DNA of 64,000 nucleotides, from contig JBBQUR010000001.1 of the NCBI GenBank assembly GCA_038212275.1, positions 1 to 64,000 of the forward strand. Direction: 5' to 3'. Of the stretch, positions 27,837 to 39,964 are shown piece after piece (positions within the stretch are counted from its first letter, which is position 1; every line of letters starts with the position of its first letter). A program made the translations under genes and the position numbers. The DNA is from Planctomycetota bacterium. GTDB lineage: Bacteria > Planctomycetota > B15-G4. Below the pieces are notes generated by a model that did not search any database, had not been told where the DNA came from, and saw only the letters and a program-made list of their open reading frames with translations.

Positions 27837-27848
27837 GCGCCCGGTCGT

Positions 27849-30466
<2,618 letters not shown>

Positions 30467-30470
<4 letters not shown>

Positions 30471-31087
30471 GGGGTGTTCCGCATGGAGGATGTCTTCGTG
30501 GGCGATCCGGCGATGCCGTCCGCGAGTCCGGCAAGATCGGCGATGAGCCAGCGCGGATCGACGTGCACCTCACGCACCTCGGCGAGGCGGGTGGCGTCGA
30601 GCACAGGGCGATCGAAGGAGAGCCACTGCCGGCCGTCGAGCGCGCCGACCAGCGCGGCGGGCGCGCCGTTCTGTCGCACGGTGCGGGACGTGCCGTCCGC
30701 ATAGGTGACGGAGACCCACGCCTCGCACTCGAACTCGATGACGATGCTCTCGCCGCGGGCGTCGAGCACGATGCGCGCGTGGTTTCCGTCGGTCGCGTAC
30801 TCCGTGGGCGACGCTGCACCGGACAGATCGGCGTGCCTCAGGAGGAAGGCGGCCGTCGGGCGCTGCTCGAGCAGTTCGGCCCGCGCGGCGAAGTAGTTCT
30901 CGAAGCCGCGGAAGGAGCGCTGGTAGCTGGCTGCGAAGCAGCCGTATTCGCCCTGCACGTCGTCACGACAGAGGCGTGCCTGCCACTGGGCCAGCGTTTC
31001 CTCCGGCGTGTCCCAGCGCTCGACGAGCGGCGGGCAGCTGCAGGCCGCAAGGACCATCGCGAGCAGGAGCGCGAGCATGAGGCGCAT
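30467..31087 (-). CDS. Hypothetical lipoprotein
   Basis: Lipobox VLAAC after a hydrophobic signal; ATGA overlap with ppdK; no recognised domain. Confidence 0.7.
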
Positions 31088-31186
31088 CGTTCGCGGACGG
31101 CCAGTGCCGGTGATGGGAGGCTGGGGGAAACCGTCCGTCAGTCGCTGGAGACGCCACCGGCCTGCCCGGCGCGGACGGGGAAGCGA

Positions 31187-31215
31187 ACCTTAGGTGCAGC
31201 GCGCGTCGCTGTCAA
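31187..31215 (-). promoter_or_regulatory. Putative sigma70 promoter of the lipoprotein-ppdK unit
   Basis: TTGACA-N17-TAAGGT on the minus strand. Confidence 0.65.
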
Positions 31216-31392
31216 CGCGCGAGCAGCGTGGTCTGCGCACCGGTCGCGCACGGGCCTCTCACGCGCCTCGCACGGGTCGCGTACCTTGATTGTCCGCGAA
31301 CATGGCCCGAGAATGCGGTGACTCCGCCGCGCGACCCCGCCTACCCTTGCGGCCGGCGCGGTTGCGCGCCGTGAAGTCTTCCACGGAGTGCC

Positions 31393-33069
31393 ATGCCGGA
31401 ACGTCTCGGGGAAATGCTCGTCAGCCAGGGCGTGGTGGACGAGACGCAGGTGGGCAAGGCGCTGGTCCTGAGCAAGTCGCGCCGCATTCCGCTCGGCGAG
31501 GCACTTGTCGCTCTCGGGTTCGTGGGCGAGGACATCGTCTGGCGTACGCTCGCGAAGCAGCACAAGCTGCCCTTCGTCGATCTCGCGGGGGACCTGGCCA
31601 GGGGCGGGCGCATCCGGCCCGACGTCATCGGCCTCGTGCCGGCCGAGGTCTGCGCGGAACACCTCGTGCTGCCCGTGGCGCTCAAGGGCGACAAGCTCGT
31701 GCTGGCCCTGGATGATCCGGCGCGCGCCTTCGCGCTGGACACGCTGCAGTTCCTGCTCGACCGGGACCTGCTCGCGGCGCTCGCGGCGCCGGGGGCGCTC
31801 AAGGCGGCGCGCGCCCACTACCATGTCGGCAGTGCCGCCGGGGATGAGACGGCTCTGGCCGCCGCGCTCGGCGAGGGCAGCGAGGCTGACGATGCGCCGG
31901 TGATCCGGCTCGTCACGCGCATGATCAGCCAGGCCGTCGAGCAGCGCGCGAGCGACATTCACGTCGAGCCGATGGACGGCCGCGTGCGCGTGCGCTTCCG
32001 CAAGGACGGCGTGCTGCACGAGGCCGCCAGTCACGAGCCGGGGCTGCTCGGGCCGCTCACGTCGCGCCTGAAGATCATGGCGGGCATGGACATCGCCGAG
32101 AAGCGCAAGCCGCAGGACGGGCGCATCGCCGCCACGGTGCAGGGCCGCGCCATCGACATCCGCGCCTCGGTGCTGCCCAGCAGTCACGGCGAGTCCATGG
32201 TCATGCGATTGCTCGACAAGGAGCGCGGGCTCGTGTCGCTGACGGAACTGGGCTTCGCGGAGGGAGACCTGGACCGCTTCCGCGCGCTCATCAAGCGGCC
32301 CAACGGCATCGTGCTCGTGACGGGGCCCACCGGCTCCGGAAAGACGACGACGCTCTACGCGGCGCTCAAGGAACTGAACCGCCCGGACGTGAAGATCATC
32401 ACGGCCGAAGACCCGGTCGAGTACGAGCTCCCGGGCGTCAATCAGGTGCAGGTGCACCATCGCATCGGCCTGGATTTCGCGCGCATCCTGCGCGCCATGC
32501 TGCGCCAGGCACCCAACGTGATCCTCGTCGGCGAGATCCGCGACAAGGAGACGGCCGAAGTCGCGATCCAGGCTGCGCTCACCGGCCACCTCGTCTTCGC
32601 GACGCTGCACACCAACGATGCGCCCTCGGCCCTCGCGCGTCTCGTGGACATGGGCGTCAAGCCCTTCCTCGTCTCCGCGGCCATCCAGGCGGTGCTCGCG
32701 CAGCGACTCGTGCGCCGGCTCTGCGAGGCCTGCAAGCAGCCGCGCGAGACACCCGAGAGCGAGCTGCGTGCCGTGGGACTGCGCGCGGAGCGCATCGCGG
32801 GCCGCACCCTCTACGGGCCGACCGGCTGCGCGGACTGCGGCTACGTCGGCTATCGCGGGCGGGTCGGCATCTATGAATTGCTCGAACTGGACGCGGTGCT
32901 GCGCGACATGACTTTCCGCAACGAGCCCACGCCCGCGATCCGCAGCCAGGCCGAGCGCAGCGGGCGCATGTCCACGTTGCGCGAGGACGGCATCCGCAAG
33001 GTGCTCGCGGGGCAGACGACCATCGCCGAGGTACTGGCGGTCGTGCACGCGCTGGGAGACGTCGCATGA
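31393..33069 (+). CDS. pilB: Type IV pilus / T2SS extension ATPase (PilB/GspE), copy 1
   Basis: MshEN-like RLGEMLV N-terminus, ASDIHVEP, PQDGR, GPTGSGKTTTLY, EDPVEY, GEIRD, GHLVFATLHTND, CxxC...CxxC. Confidence 0.92.
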   Translation: MPERLGEMLVSQGVVDETQVGKALVLSKSRRIPLGEALVALGFVGEDIVWRTLAKQHKLPFVDLAGDLARGGRIRPDVIGLVPAEVCAEHLVLPVALKGDKLVLALDDPARAFALDTLQFLLDRDLLAALAAPGALKAARAHYHVGSAAGDETALAAALGEGSEADDAPVIRLVTRMISQAVEQRASDIHVEPMDGRVRVRFRKDGVLHEAASHEPGLLGPLTSRLKIMAGMDIAEKRKPQDGRIAATVQGRAIDIRASVLPSSHGESMVMRLLDKERGLVSLTELGFAEGDLDRFRALIKRPNGIVLVTGPTGSGKTTTLYAALKELNRPDVKIITAEDPVEYELPGVNQVQVHHRIGLDFARILRAMLRQAPNVILVGEIRDKETAEVAIQAALTGHLVFATLHTNDAPSALARLVDMGVKPFLVSAAIQAVLAQRLVRRLCEACKQPRETPESELRAVGLRAERIAGRTLYGPTGCADCGYVGYRGRVGIYELLELDAVLRDMTFRNEPTPAIRSQAERSGRMSTLREDGIRKVLAGQTTIAEVLAVVHALGDVA

Positions 33070-34763
33070 GCGAGGCCCGCGCACGTCGCAAGCCGCTCGG
33101 TGCGATCCTCGTGGAGCACAAGGCATGCGCGGTCGAGGACGTCGAGCGCGCGCTGGCCGAGCAGGTCAAGCGGGGCGGTCACGTCGGCGAGCTGCTCGTG
33201 ACCATGGGAAAAGTGACCCGCGCGCAGCTCAATGCGGCGCTGGGCGTGCAGGCCGGGCTCCAGCCGATCGATCTCGACGCGACGCCGATTCCGCCCTCGG
33301 TGGCCGCACGTCTCGATGCCGCCACGTGCCAGCTCTTCCGCGTCGTTCCCGTGCGCGAGGACGGCAGGAACCTCGTGGTGGCGCTCTCCGATCCGCTCAA
33401 CGTGAACATCCTGCAGGACCTCGCCTTCATCGTCGGGGGCACGGTCACCGGCGTCATCGCGAGCGAAGAAGCCGTGGACCGCGCGCTGTCGCGGCTGCAC
33501 GGCGCCGCGGAGAAGCCGTCGCTCGCCGGGCTCGTGAACGAGCTGAAGTCCGGCACGGCGGGCCTCGACCTCGAGGACAAGTCCGCGATGGCGGCCGCGG
33601 CTCCGGTGGTGAAGCTGCTCAACTACATCCTGCTGCAGGCCATCCGCGACAAGGCGAGCGACATCCACCTCGAGCCCTTCGAGACCGACTTCAAGGTGCG
33701 CTACCGCGTGGACGGCGTGCTCTTCGAGGTTCAAGCGCCGCCTCCCGCGCTCGCGAACGCCCTGATCTCGCGCGTCAAGGTCATGTCCAATCTCGACATC
33801 GCCGAGACGCGCATCCCGCAGGACGGCCGCATCGAACTGTCGCTGGGAGGCAAACCCATCGACCTGCGCGTCTCGACGATGCCCACCGTGCACGGAGAGT
33901 CTTGCGTGCTGCGCGTGCTCGACCGCAGCGTGGTCTCGCTGGATCTCGGCAACATCGGCCTGCGCGACGACGACCGCTCGGTCATCGAGGCACTGCTCGA
34001 GCGGCCGCACGGCATCGTGCTCGTGACGGGCCCGACCGGATCGGGCAAGACCACCACGCTCTATTCGTGCCTGAACCGCCTCAACGACATCGAGACCAAG
34101 ATCATCACGGTGGAGGACCCGGTCGAGTACGACCTCGACGGCGTCGTGCAGATCCAGGTCAACGATGAGATCGACGTCTCCTACGCGCGCGTGCTGCGCA
34201 CGATCCTGCGTCAGGACCCCGACGTGCTGCTCGTGGGCGAGATCCGCGACAAGGAGACGGCGCAGATCGCGGTGGAGGCGGCGCTCACGGGCCACCTCAT
34301 CCTCTCCACGCTGCACACCAACGACGCGCCGTCCACGGTGACGCGGCTCGTGGACATCGGGATTCCTCCCTACCTCATCGCCTCGACGCTCGAGGCCGTC
34401 GTGGCGCAGCGCCTCGTGCGCACCATCTGCCCCGCGTGCCGCGAAGACTACGACCCGACGCCCGAGGTGCTGCGCGAGATCGGCCTGGAGCCCGCCGCGC
34501 TGGGGGGCCGGCGCCTGTCGCGAGGACGTGGCTGCGAGACCTGCAACTTCTCCGGGCACAAGGGACGCCGCGCGATCTTCGAGATGATGATCCTGAGCGA
34601 ACGGCTGCGGCAGCTCGTGCTCGACGGCGCGGCGACCCAGGAACTGCGCGCAGCGGCCATCGTCGAGGGCATGCGGCCGTTGCGCGTCGCCGGCCAGCTC
34701 GCCGTGCTCGACGGCAGCACCACCGTCGAGGAAGTGATCCGCGAGACGCTGCTCGACGCCTGA
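33066..34763 (+). CDS. pilB: Type IV pilus / T2SS extension ATPase (PilB/GspE), copy 2
   Basis: ASDIHLEP, PQDGR, GPTGSGKTTTLY, LRQDPD, GEIRD, GHLILSTLHTND, CPAC...CETC; ATGA overlap. Confidence 0.92.
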   Translation: MSEARARRKPLGAILVEHKACAVEDVERALAEQVKRGGHVGELLVTMGKVTRAQLNAALGVQAGLQPIDLDATPIPPSVAARLDAATCQLFRVVPVREDGRNLVVALSDPLNVNILQDLAFIVGGTVTGVIASEEAVDRALSRLHGAAEKPSLAGLVNELKSGTAGLDLEDKSAMAAAAPVVKLLNYILLQAIRDKASDIHLEPFETDFKVRYRVDGVLFEVQAPPPALANALISRVKVMSNLDIAETRIPQDGRIELSLGGKPIDLRVSTMPTVHGESCVLRVLDRSVVSLDLGNIGLRDDDRSVIEALLERPHGIVLVTGPTGSGKTTTLYSCLNRLNDIETKIITVEDPVEYDLDGVVQIQVNDEIDVSYARVLRTILRQDPDVLLVGEIRDKETAQIAVEAALTGHLILSTLHTNDAPSTVTRLVDIGIPPYLIASTLEAVVAQRLVRTICPACREDYDPTPEVLREIGLEPAALGGRRLSRGRGCETCNFSGHKGRRAIFEMMILSERLRQLVLDGAATQELRAAAIVEGMRPLRVAGQLAVLDGSTTVEEVIRETLLDA

Positions 34764-34832
34764 CCGTCGCTATACTCGCGCGCCGCCGCACCGCGCCGGC
34801 CGCAGAACGAAGTCCCCGCAGGGCCGCTTTCC

Positions 34833-36023
34833 ATGCCCGTCCCGAAGCCCGCCGCCGCCCGGCCCGCCGTGGCGCGTCCCGCAGCGCCGCGACCGGTGGC
34901 GGGGAAGGCGGTGCGGCCCGTCGCCGCGGCGCCCGATGCCGCGGGCGGGCAGGCCGGCCTGCTGAAGCGGCTGTTCTCGAGCGGCAAGGTGTCTTCCAAG
35001 GCGCTCATGCAGTTCACGATCCAGCTCTCGACGCTGGTCAACGCGGGTCTCCCGCTCGTGCGTTGCCTGCGCGTCCTGGAAGGCCAGCTCGAGCCCGGGC
35101 CGCTCAAGAACGTGCTGCTCGCGGTGGGCGACGACGTCGAAGGCGGCTCGACGCTTTCGGAGGCGCTGGCCAAGTATCCGCAGGTCTTCGATCGGCTCTA
35201 CGTGAACATGGTGCGCGCCGGCGAGGCCGGCGGCATGCTCGGCACCATCCTGGAGCGCCTCGCGGAGTTCTCGCGCAAGTCCGAGAACATCAAGTCGCAG
35301 GTGAAGTCCGCGCTGAGCTATCCCGTCTTCGTGCTGCTTGCCGCTGGCTCCGTGCTCGGCTTCGTGATGATCGTCGTGGTGCCCAAGTTCGAGTCCATCT
35401 TCCAGAGCTTCGGCCGCGAGCTGCCGGCGCCGACGCAGTTCCTCATGGGCGTCTCGCGCAGTCTCGCAGGCTACTGGTATCTGTGGATCGCAGCACCGGT
35501 GCTGCTGGTCCTGGCCTTCCGCACGGCGCTGCGCAACGACGGCTTCGCCCGGAGGATCGACGCGATCAAGCTCCGGCTGCCCGTGGCCGGCGACCTCATC
35601 CGCAAGACCATCGTCGCGCGCTTCGCGAGGACGCTCGGCACGCTGCTGCAGAGCGGCGTGCCGATCCTCGAGGCGCTGACCATCGTGAAGGCGGCCATCC
35701 CCAACCGCGTGCTCGAGGACGCCGTGGGCTCGGTGCACGACAGCATCCGCGAGGGCGAGACCATCGCGCAGCCGCTCGGCGAGAGCGGCGTCTTCGACGA
35801 CATGGTCGTGAACATGATCGATGTCGGCGAGGAAACCGGGCAGCTCGATGCGATGCTCCTGCGCATCGCCGACACGTTCGAGAACGAAGTGGACACGGCC
35901 GTCTCGACGCTCTTCAAGGTCATCGAGCCGGCATTGCTCCTGATCATGGCCGTCCTCGTCGGCTTCATCGTCGTGTCCCTGTTCCTGCCCATCATCGGCA
36001 TCATGGACTCGCTCCAGACTTGA
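34833..36023 (+). CDS. pilC: Type IV pilus / T2SS platform protein PilC/GspF
   Basis: QLSTLVNAGLPLVRCL, YVNMVRAGEAGG, SALSYP, FARTLGTLLQSGVPILEAL, VGEETGQLD, IEP, SLFLP. Confidence 0.93.
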   Translation: MPVPKPAAARPAVARPAAPRPVAGKAVRPVAAAPDAAGGQAGLLKRLFSSGKVSSKALMQFTIQLSTLVNAGLPLVRCLRVLEGQLEPGPLKNVLLAVGDDVEGGSTLSEALAKYPQVFDRLYVNMVRAGEAGGMLGTILERLAEFSRKSENIKSQVKSALSYPVFVLLAAGSVLGFVMIVVVPKFESIFQSFGRELPAPTQFLMGVSRSLAGYWYLWIAAPVLLVLAFRTALRNDGFARRIDAIKLRLPVAGDLIRKTIVARFARTLGTLLQSGVPILEALTIVKAAIPNRVLEDAVGSVHDSIREGETIAQPLGESGVFDDMVVNMIDVGEETGQLDAMLLRIADTFENEVDTAVSTLFKVIEPALLLIMAVLVGFIVVSLFLPIIGIMDSLQT

Positions 36024-36072
36024 CCGACCGGCGTGGCGATCACGGCGGGTCGAGTGCAGGCGGGTCGGGGGC

Positions 36073-37299
36073 ATGACCTACGTCGGCATGCTGCTGCTGC
36101 TGCTGGCGTCGGCGCTGCTGTCGGGCAGCGAGACGGCCCTGTTCTCGCTCTCGCCGGCGGAACGCCGGAGGCTCATCTCGCAGCACGCCTCGGTGGCCGC
36201 GGCGCTTGCACGGCCGACCTCGCTCCTCGTCACGCTGCTGCTCGCCAACCTGCTCGTCAACGTGGCCTACTTCAGCGTGGGGGCGCACGTGAGCCTCGCG
36301 CTGGTGGAAGCCGGACACGCACAGGCCTCGGTGCTCTTCGTCACGGCCAGCGTCCTGCTGCTCACGGCATTCGGCGAGATCCTGCCCAAGACGCTGGCCC
36401 TCGTGCTGCCCCCGACCCTCGTGGTGGCGGTCGCGCCGCTGCTCGTCGTGCTGCGCGTCGTGCTCATGCCGCTCGTGCTCGTCGGCGAGTTGGCCACGCG
36501 CCTCGTGCAGGCGCTCGTGCCCGGCGCTCCCCAGGAGAACGTCGCCATCGTCGCCGACGACTTCAAGACCGCCGTGTCGCGGCGCGCGGCGCTCGGCACC
36601 TATCACGCCGTCGAACTCGCCCTGCTGCATGACGTCATCGACTTCGGCGAGCGCCGCGCGCGCAACTTCATGGTGCCGCGCGTGGACGTCGCCTTCCTCG
36701 ACGTGCGCGCCTCGCGGGCCGCGTGGATCGCCGCGATGGCCCTGCAGCCATTCAGCGACTATCCCGTCTGCGACGGCACGCCGGACAAGCTGCTGGGAAC
36801 GGTGAACGCTGCGCTGTGGCTCGCCCGTCCGCAGGCGGACGTGCGCGCGCTCATCGAGCCCGCGCTCTACGCGCCGTCGTCCATCGGTGCGGAACGTCTC
36901 GTCGAGCGCATGCAGCGGGAGGGGCGGCGTCTGGCCATCCTGCTCGACGAGCATGGCGGCGTGGCGGGCGTGGTCGGTTTCAACGCGCTTTCCCAGGCCG
37001 TGCTTGGCGAGCTGGCCGCGCCGCCGGGCAGTCAGCGGGATCTCATCCGCCGTCGCGAGGGTGACGCGCTGCTCGTGCGCGGGGAGTGTCCGCTGCACGT
37101 GCTGCTCACCGAAGCGGGACTGGAACTCCCGGCGCGCCGGGCCGACACGGTGGCCGGCGCGGTGACGGAGGCGCTCGGTCGCGTGCCGCGCGTGTCGGAC
37201 GAGGTGCTGCTGCCCGGACTCCGACTGCGCGTGACCGGGGTGTCGGGCCGTCGCGTGGCCGAAGTGCTCATCCGTCCCCGGAGCCGGAGCGACGCATGA
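36073..37299 (+). CDS. CNNM/CorB (DUF21-CBS-CorC) membrane protein
   Basis: SGSETALFSL, LLANLLVN, FGEILPK, MVPRVDV, DEHGGVAGVV, DTVAG. Confidence 0.88.
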   Translation: MTYVGMLLLLLASALLSGSETALFSLSPAERRRLISQHASVAAALARPTSLLVTLLLANLLVNVAYFSVGAHVSLALVEAGHAQASVLFVTASVLLLTAFGEILPKTLALVLPPTLVVAVAPLLVVLRVVLMPLVLVGELATRLVQALVPGAPQENVAIVADDFKTAVSRRAALGTYHAVELALLHDVIDFGERRARNFMVPRVDVAFLDVRASRAAWIAAMALQPFSDYPVCDGTPDKLLGTVNAALWLARPQADVRALIEPALYAPSSIGAERLVERMQREGRRLAILLDEHGGVAGVVGFNALSQAVLGELAAPPGSQRDLIRRREGDALLVRGECPLHVLLTEAGLELPARRADTVAGAVTEALGRVPRVSDEVLLPGLRLRVTGVSGRRVAEVLIRPRSRSDA

Positions 37300-38288
37300 T
37301 CGCGCTGCTCGGGCTGCTTGCGATCATCGCCTCGGCGCTCTGCTCGGGGCTCGAGACCGGCCTGTACTGCACCAGCCGCCTGCGCATCGTGCTCGATGCG
37401 GCGGCCGGCAACCCGGAGGCGCGACGCCTGCAGTCGCTGCTCAGGGAGCTGCCGCTCCTGCTCACGGTGCTGCTCGTCGGCAACAACCTGGCCACCTGGG
37501 CGGCCAGCTACCTCATGCAGTCCGCGCTGGAGCGGCACGGCCTGCAGGGAGCGGGCGTGATGGGCGCCGTGGCCGTGACCGTGGTGCTCTTCGTCCTGGG
37601 CGAGTCGGTGCCCAAGAACCTCTTTCAGGCTCGGCAGCACGTCGTGCTCTACCCGATGACTCCCCTCCTGGTCGGCCTGCGCTTCGCGCTGGGCTGGCTG
37701 GTCTGGCCGCTGGCGGTCTTCGCCCGACTGCTCTCGAGACGGGTGACCCGGCCGCGCAACGCGCCCGCTCCGGTCAGGCTGGCCGGGAAGCCCGCCGACC
37801 TCGCTCCGACACTCGCCGAGAGTGGTGCGGCCGACCGGGAATCCCTGCTTGCGGCAGGAGCCGCCGAGGGGCTGCTGACCGTGTTCCAGCAACGAGTTGC
37901 GCGCGGTGTGCTCTCGATGCGCACGCTGACGGCGGCACATGAGGCGCGCTCCGTGTCCGAGCATCCGCTGGCTCGGCTCGGACGACCCGGTGTCGAGCTG
38001 CCGCCGGGTTGTCGCGAGCACCGCGTCCTCGTCCTCGAAGCGGACGGCAGCCGGGTGGCGGGGTGGGTGCCGCTGGCGGCGCTGGCGACCGGTGCCGGGT
38101 TCCGGGAACCGCTGCGCGCGGAACTGCGGCCCATCGCGAGGCTCGCTCCGGAGACGAGTCTCGACCACGTGTACCTCACCCTCGATCGGACCGGGACGCC
38201 CTTCGCCGCGGTGGGCGACTCGGTGCCCCTGCGCGTGGTGGACGGACGTCGCCTGCGACAGCGGGTCATGGGTGCAGCCGGAGCCTGA
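37296..38288 (+). CDS. Second CNNM/DUF21 protein with degenerate CBS region
   Basis: SGLETGLY, LVGNNLA, GESVPK; ATGA overlap with the previous gene. Confidence 0.8.
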   Translation: MIALLGLLAIIASALCSGLETGLYCTSRLRIVLDAAAGNPEARRLQSLLRELPLLLTVLLVGNNLATWAASYLMQSALERHGLQGAGVMGAVAVTVVLFVLGESVPKNLFQARQHVVLYPMTPLLVGLRFALGWLVWPLAVFARLLSRRVTRPRNAPAPVRLAGKPADLAPTLAESGAADRESLLAAGAAEGLLTVFQQRVARGVLSMRTLTAAHEARSVSEHPLARLGRPGVELPPGCREHRVLVLEADGSRVAGWVPLAALATGAGFREPLRAELRPIARLAPETSLDHVYLTLDRTGTPFAAVGDSVPLRVVDGRRLRQRVMGAAGA

Positions 38289-38327
38289 GAGCGGCATTTT
38301 CCTAGGCGAAATCGGCGCGCGGCGCGG

Positions 38328-38356
38328 TTGCAACGGTACTTGCGCACCCCTAAGAT
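38328..38356 (+). promoter_or_regulatory. Putative sigma70 promoter of the HTH/TM-OmpA unit
   Basis: TTGCAA-N17-TAAGAT. Confidence 0.6.
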
Positions 38357-38458
38357 TCCAGCATCAATCGGCATCACGCGTGTGCTTCGCGGCCACCGCC
38401 GCGCATGCGCCATTCGGCGCCGCATTCCCGGTGCACGTCCCCAGGAGGCCAGAGGCTC

Positions 38459-39034
38459 GTGGCAGAGAAGGACTACTACTCGTTTGAGGAAGTGCTGAGA
38501 AACCTCAAGCTCGAGGAAGACCAGCTCAAGCGGCTCGTCTCCGCCGGTGAAATCCGTGCCTTTCGTGACAAGGACACGATGCGCTTCAAGGCGGAGGACG
38601 TCGATCGCCTGAAGGGCGGTGACGCCGACGAGCTCGTGCTCGAGGACGATCTCGAACTCGACCTCGATGAGCCGGCGCCCGCCGCGAAGGCCGCGGGGCG
38701 CATCGAGGAGATCGACCTCGACGGCGGCGACGAACTCGTGCTCGACGAGACGGCGCAGCCTTCGCAGATCGAGGAGCTCGATCTCGGCGGTGACGACTCG
38801 GGCGATGCCGAGCCCGAAGTGGCGAAGCCCGGGCGCAGTCGCTCCGGTGCGACCGCCGGGCGACGCGCGACGCGTGTCGCCGAGCCGGTGGAGGAAGCGA
38901 AGGACAGCGTGGGCACCATGGCGATGCTCGTGGTGGCCTTCGTGATCCTGCTTGCTGCGAATTTCGTCGTGCTCGATGTGATGGCCGGGCGGGCCAGCAA
39001 TCCCATCAGCAAGGCGATCGCAAACTTTTTTTGA
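38459..39034 (+). CDS. N-terminal excisionase/BldC-like HTH, acidic linker, C-terminal TM protein
   Basis: YYSFEEVLRNLKLEEDQLKRLVSAGEIRAFRDKDTMRFKAEDV; Asp/Glu-rich linker; TM MAMLVVAFVILLAANFVVL. GTG 38459 after AGGAGG/GAGG. Confidence 0.75.
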   Translation: MAEKDYYSFEEVLRNLKLEEDQLKRLVSAGEIRAFRDKDTMRFKAEDVDRLKGGDADELVLEDDLELDLDEPAPAAKAAGRIEEIDLDGGDELVLDETAQPSQIEELDLGGDDSGDAEPEVAKPGRSRSGATAGRRATRVAEPVEEAKDSVGTMAMLVVAFVILLAANFVVLDVMAGRASNPISKAIANFF

Positions 39035-39094
39035 CCGTTCATGACGGCGGGGCGTCCGCCGTTTTCATCAAGATCCGTGTGGGAGGGTTCATCA

Positions 39095-39799
39095 ATGTTG
39101 TGCAACAAGATGTCGTTGGCGGTCGGGCTCATCATGGCAGGCGTGCTCATGCCGGCCTGTGTGACGTCCGGCAAGTACAGGGCGGCGGAAAACGAGGCAG
39201 CGCGGGCGCGTGAGGAACGCGACGAGGCGAGCGGCCTGCTTTCCGCGGCCGAGGAGCAGCTCGTCGATGCCGAGGGACAGCGGGCCTCGCTCATGAGCAA
39301 GGCGGCGCTGGCCGAGGCGATGGCTGCCGAGAACGCGCAGCTCAAGTCGCAGATCGAGGAGCTCAGCAAGTCGGGGCGCATCGTCACGCCGACGGGCACC
39401 GTGCTCTTCGCCGAGGACGGCAAGTACGGCTGGCGTGCACAGGGTGACGTCGTCTTCGCTCAGGGCAGCGACAAGCTCACCGGCGAGGGCGAGCGCATCA
39501 TCGGCAGCCTGGCCGCCGAGCTCAAGAAGAGCAGCGAACCGATCACGGTGATCGGTCACACCGATTCCGACCCGATCGTGAAGACCGCGGACAAGTGGAC
39601 GCGCGGCAACATCGAGCTCGGCGCCAACCGCGCGATGAGCGTCAAGGAATACCTGGTCAAGCAGGGCATCGCCGAGTCGCGCATCTGCATCACGTCCTAC
39701 GCCCAGTTCAAGCCCATCGCGACCGGCAGCAGCGCCGATGCGAAGAAGAAGAACCGGCGCGTCGAGATCATGACGCAGCTTCCGGCCGGCACGAACTGA
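39095..39799 (+). CDS. OmpA/MotB-family peptidoglycan-binding lipoprotein with coiled coil
   Basis: Lipobox-like LMPAC; GHTDSDP, NIELGANRAMSVKEYL, KNRRVEI. Confidence 0.88.
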   Translation: MLCNKMSLAVGLIMAGVLMPACVTSGKYRAAENEAARAREERDEASGLLSAAEEQLVDAEGQRASLMSKAALAEAMAAENAQLKSQIEELSKSGRIVTPTGTVLFAEDGKYGWRAQGDVVFAQGSDKLTGEGERIIGSLAAELKKSSEPITVIGHTDSDPIVKTADKWTRGNIELGANRAMSVKEYLVKQGIAESRICITSYAQFKPIATGSSADAKKKNRRVEIMTQLPAGTN

Positions 39800-39822
39800 T
39801 TCCGGCTGCTCCACGTCATGCA

Positions 39823-39859
39823 ACCGGGGGCGCTTCCCGTTCGGGGAGGCGCCCCCGGT
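39823..39859 (+). terminator. Strong GC hairpin after the OmpA-like gene (probable terminator)
   Basis: ACCGGGGGCGCTTCCC-loop-GGGGAGGCGCCCCCGGT; weak U-tail. Confidence 0.55.
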
Positions 39860-39900
39860 CATTGGTGCGCGGTCATTGGTGCGCGGTCATTGGTGCGCGG
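39859..39900. repeat. 14-bp tandem repeat TCATTGGTGCGCGG x3
   Basis: Three exact copies directly after the hairpin. Confidence 0.9.
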
Positions 39901-39964
39901 TGAGGTGCGCTTCGAACGGATCACCCGCCTCGGCGCGGCTGCCTGAAACCAGGGTGGAACGCGC

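Noticed and set aside
31186..31195. ACCTTAGGT as a second LexA site
   Set aside because: Lacks the N7-spaced architecture and is explained by the -10 element (TAAGGT) of a TTGACA promoter.
31138..36074. Long antisense ORFs opposite pilB/pilC (similar ones opposite rpoD, guaB, fumC and ppdK)
   Set aside because: Expected stop-poor shadow frames in high-GC coding DNA; no domain motifs.
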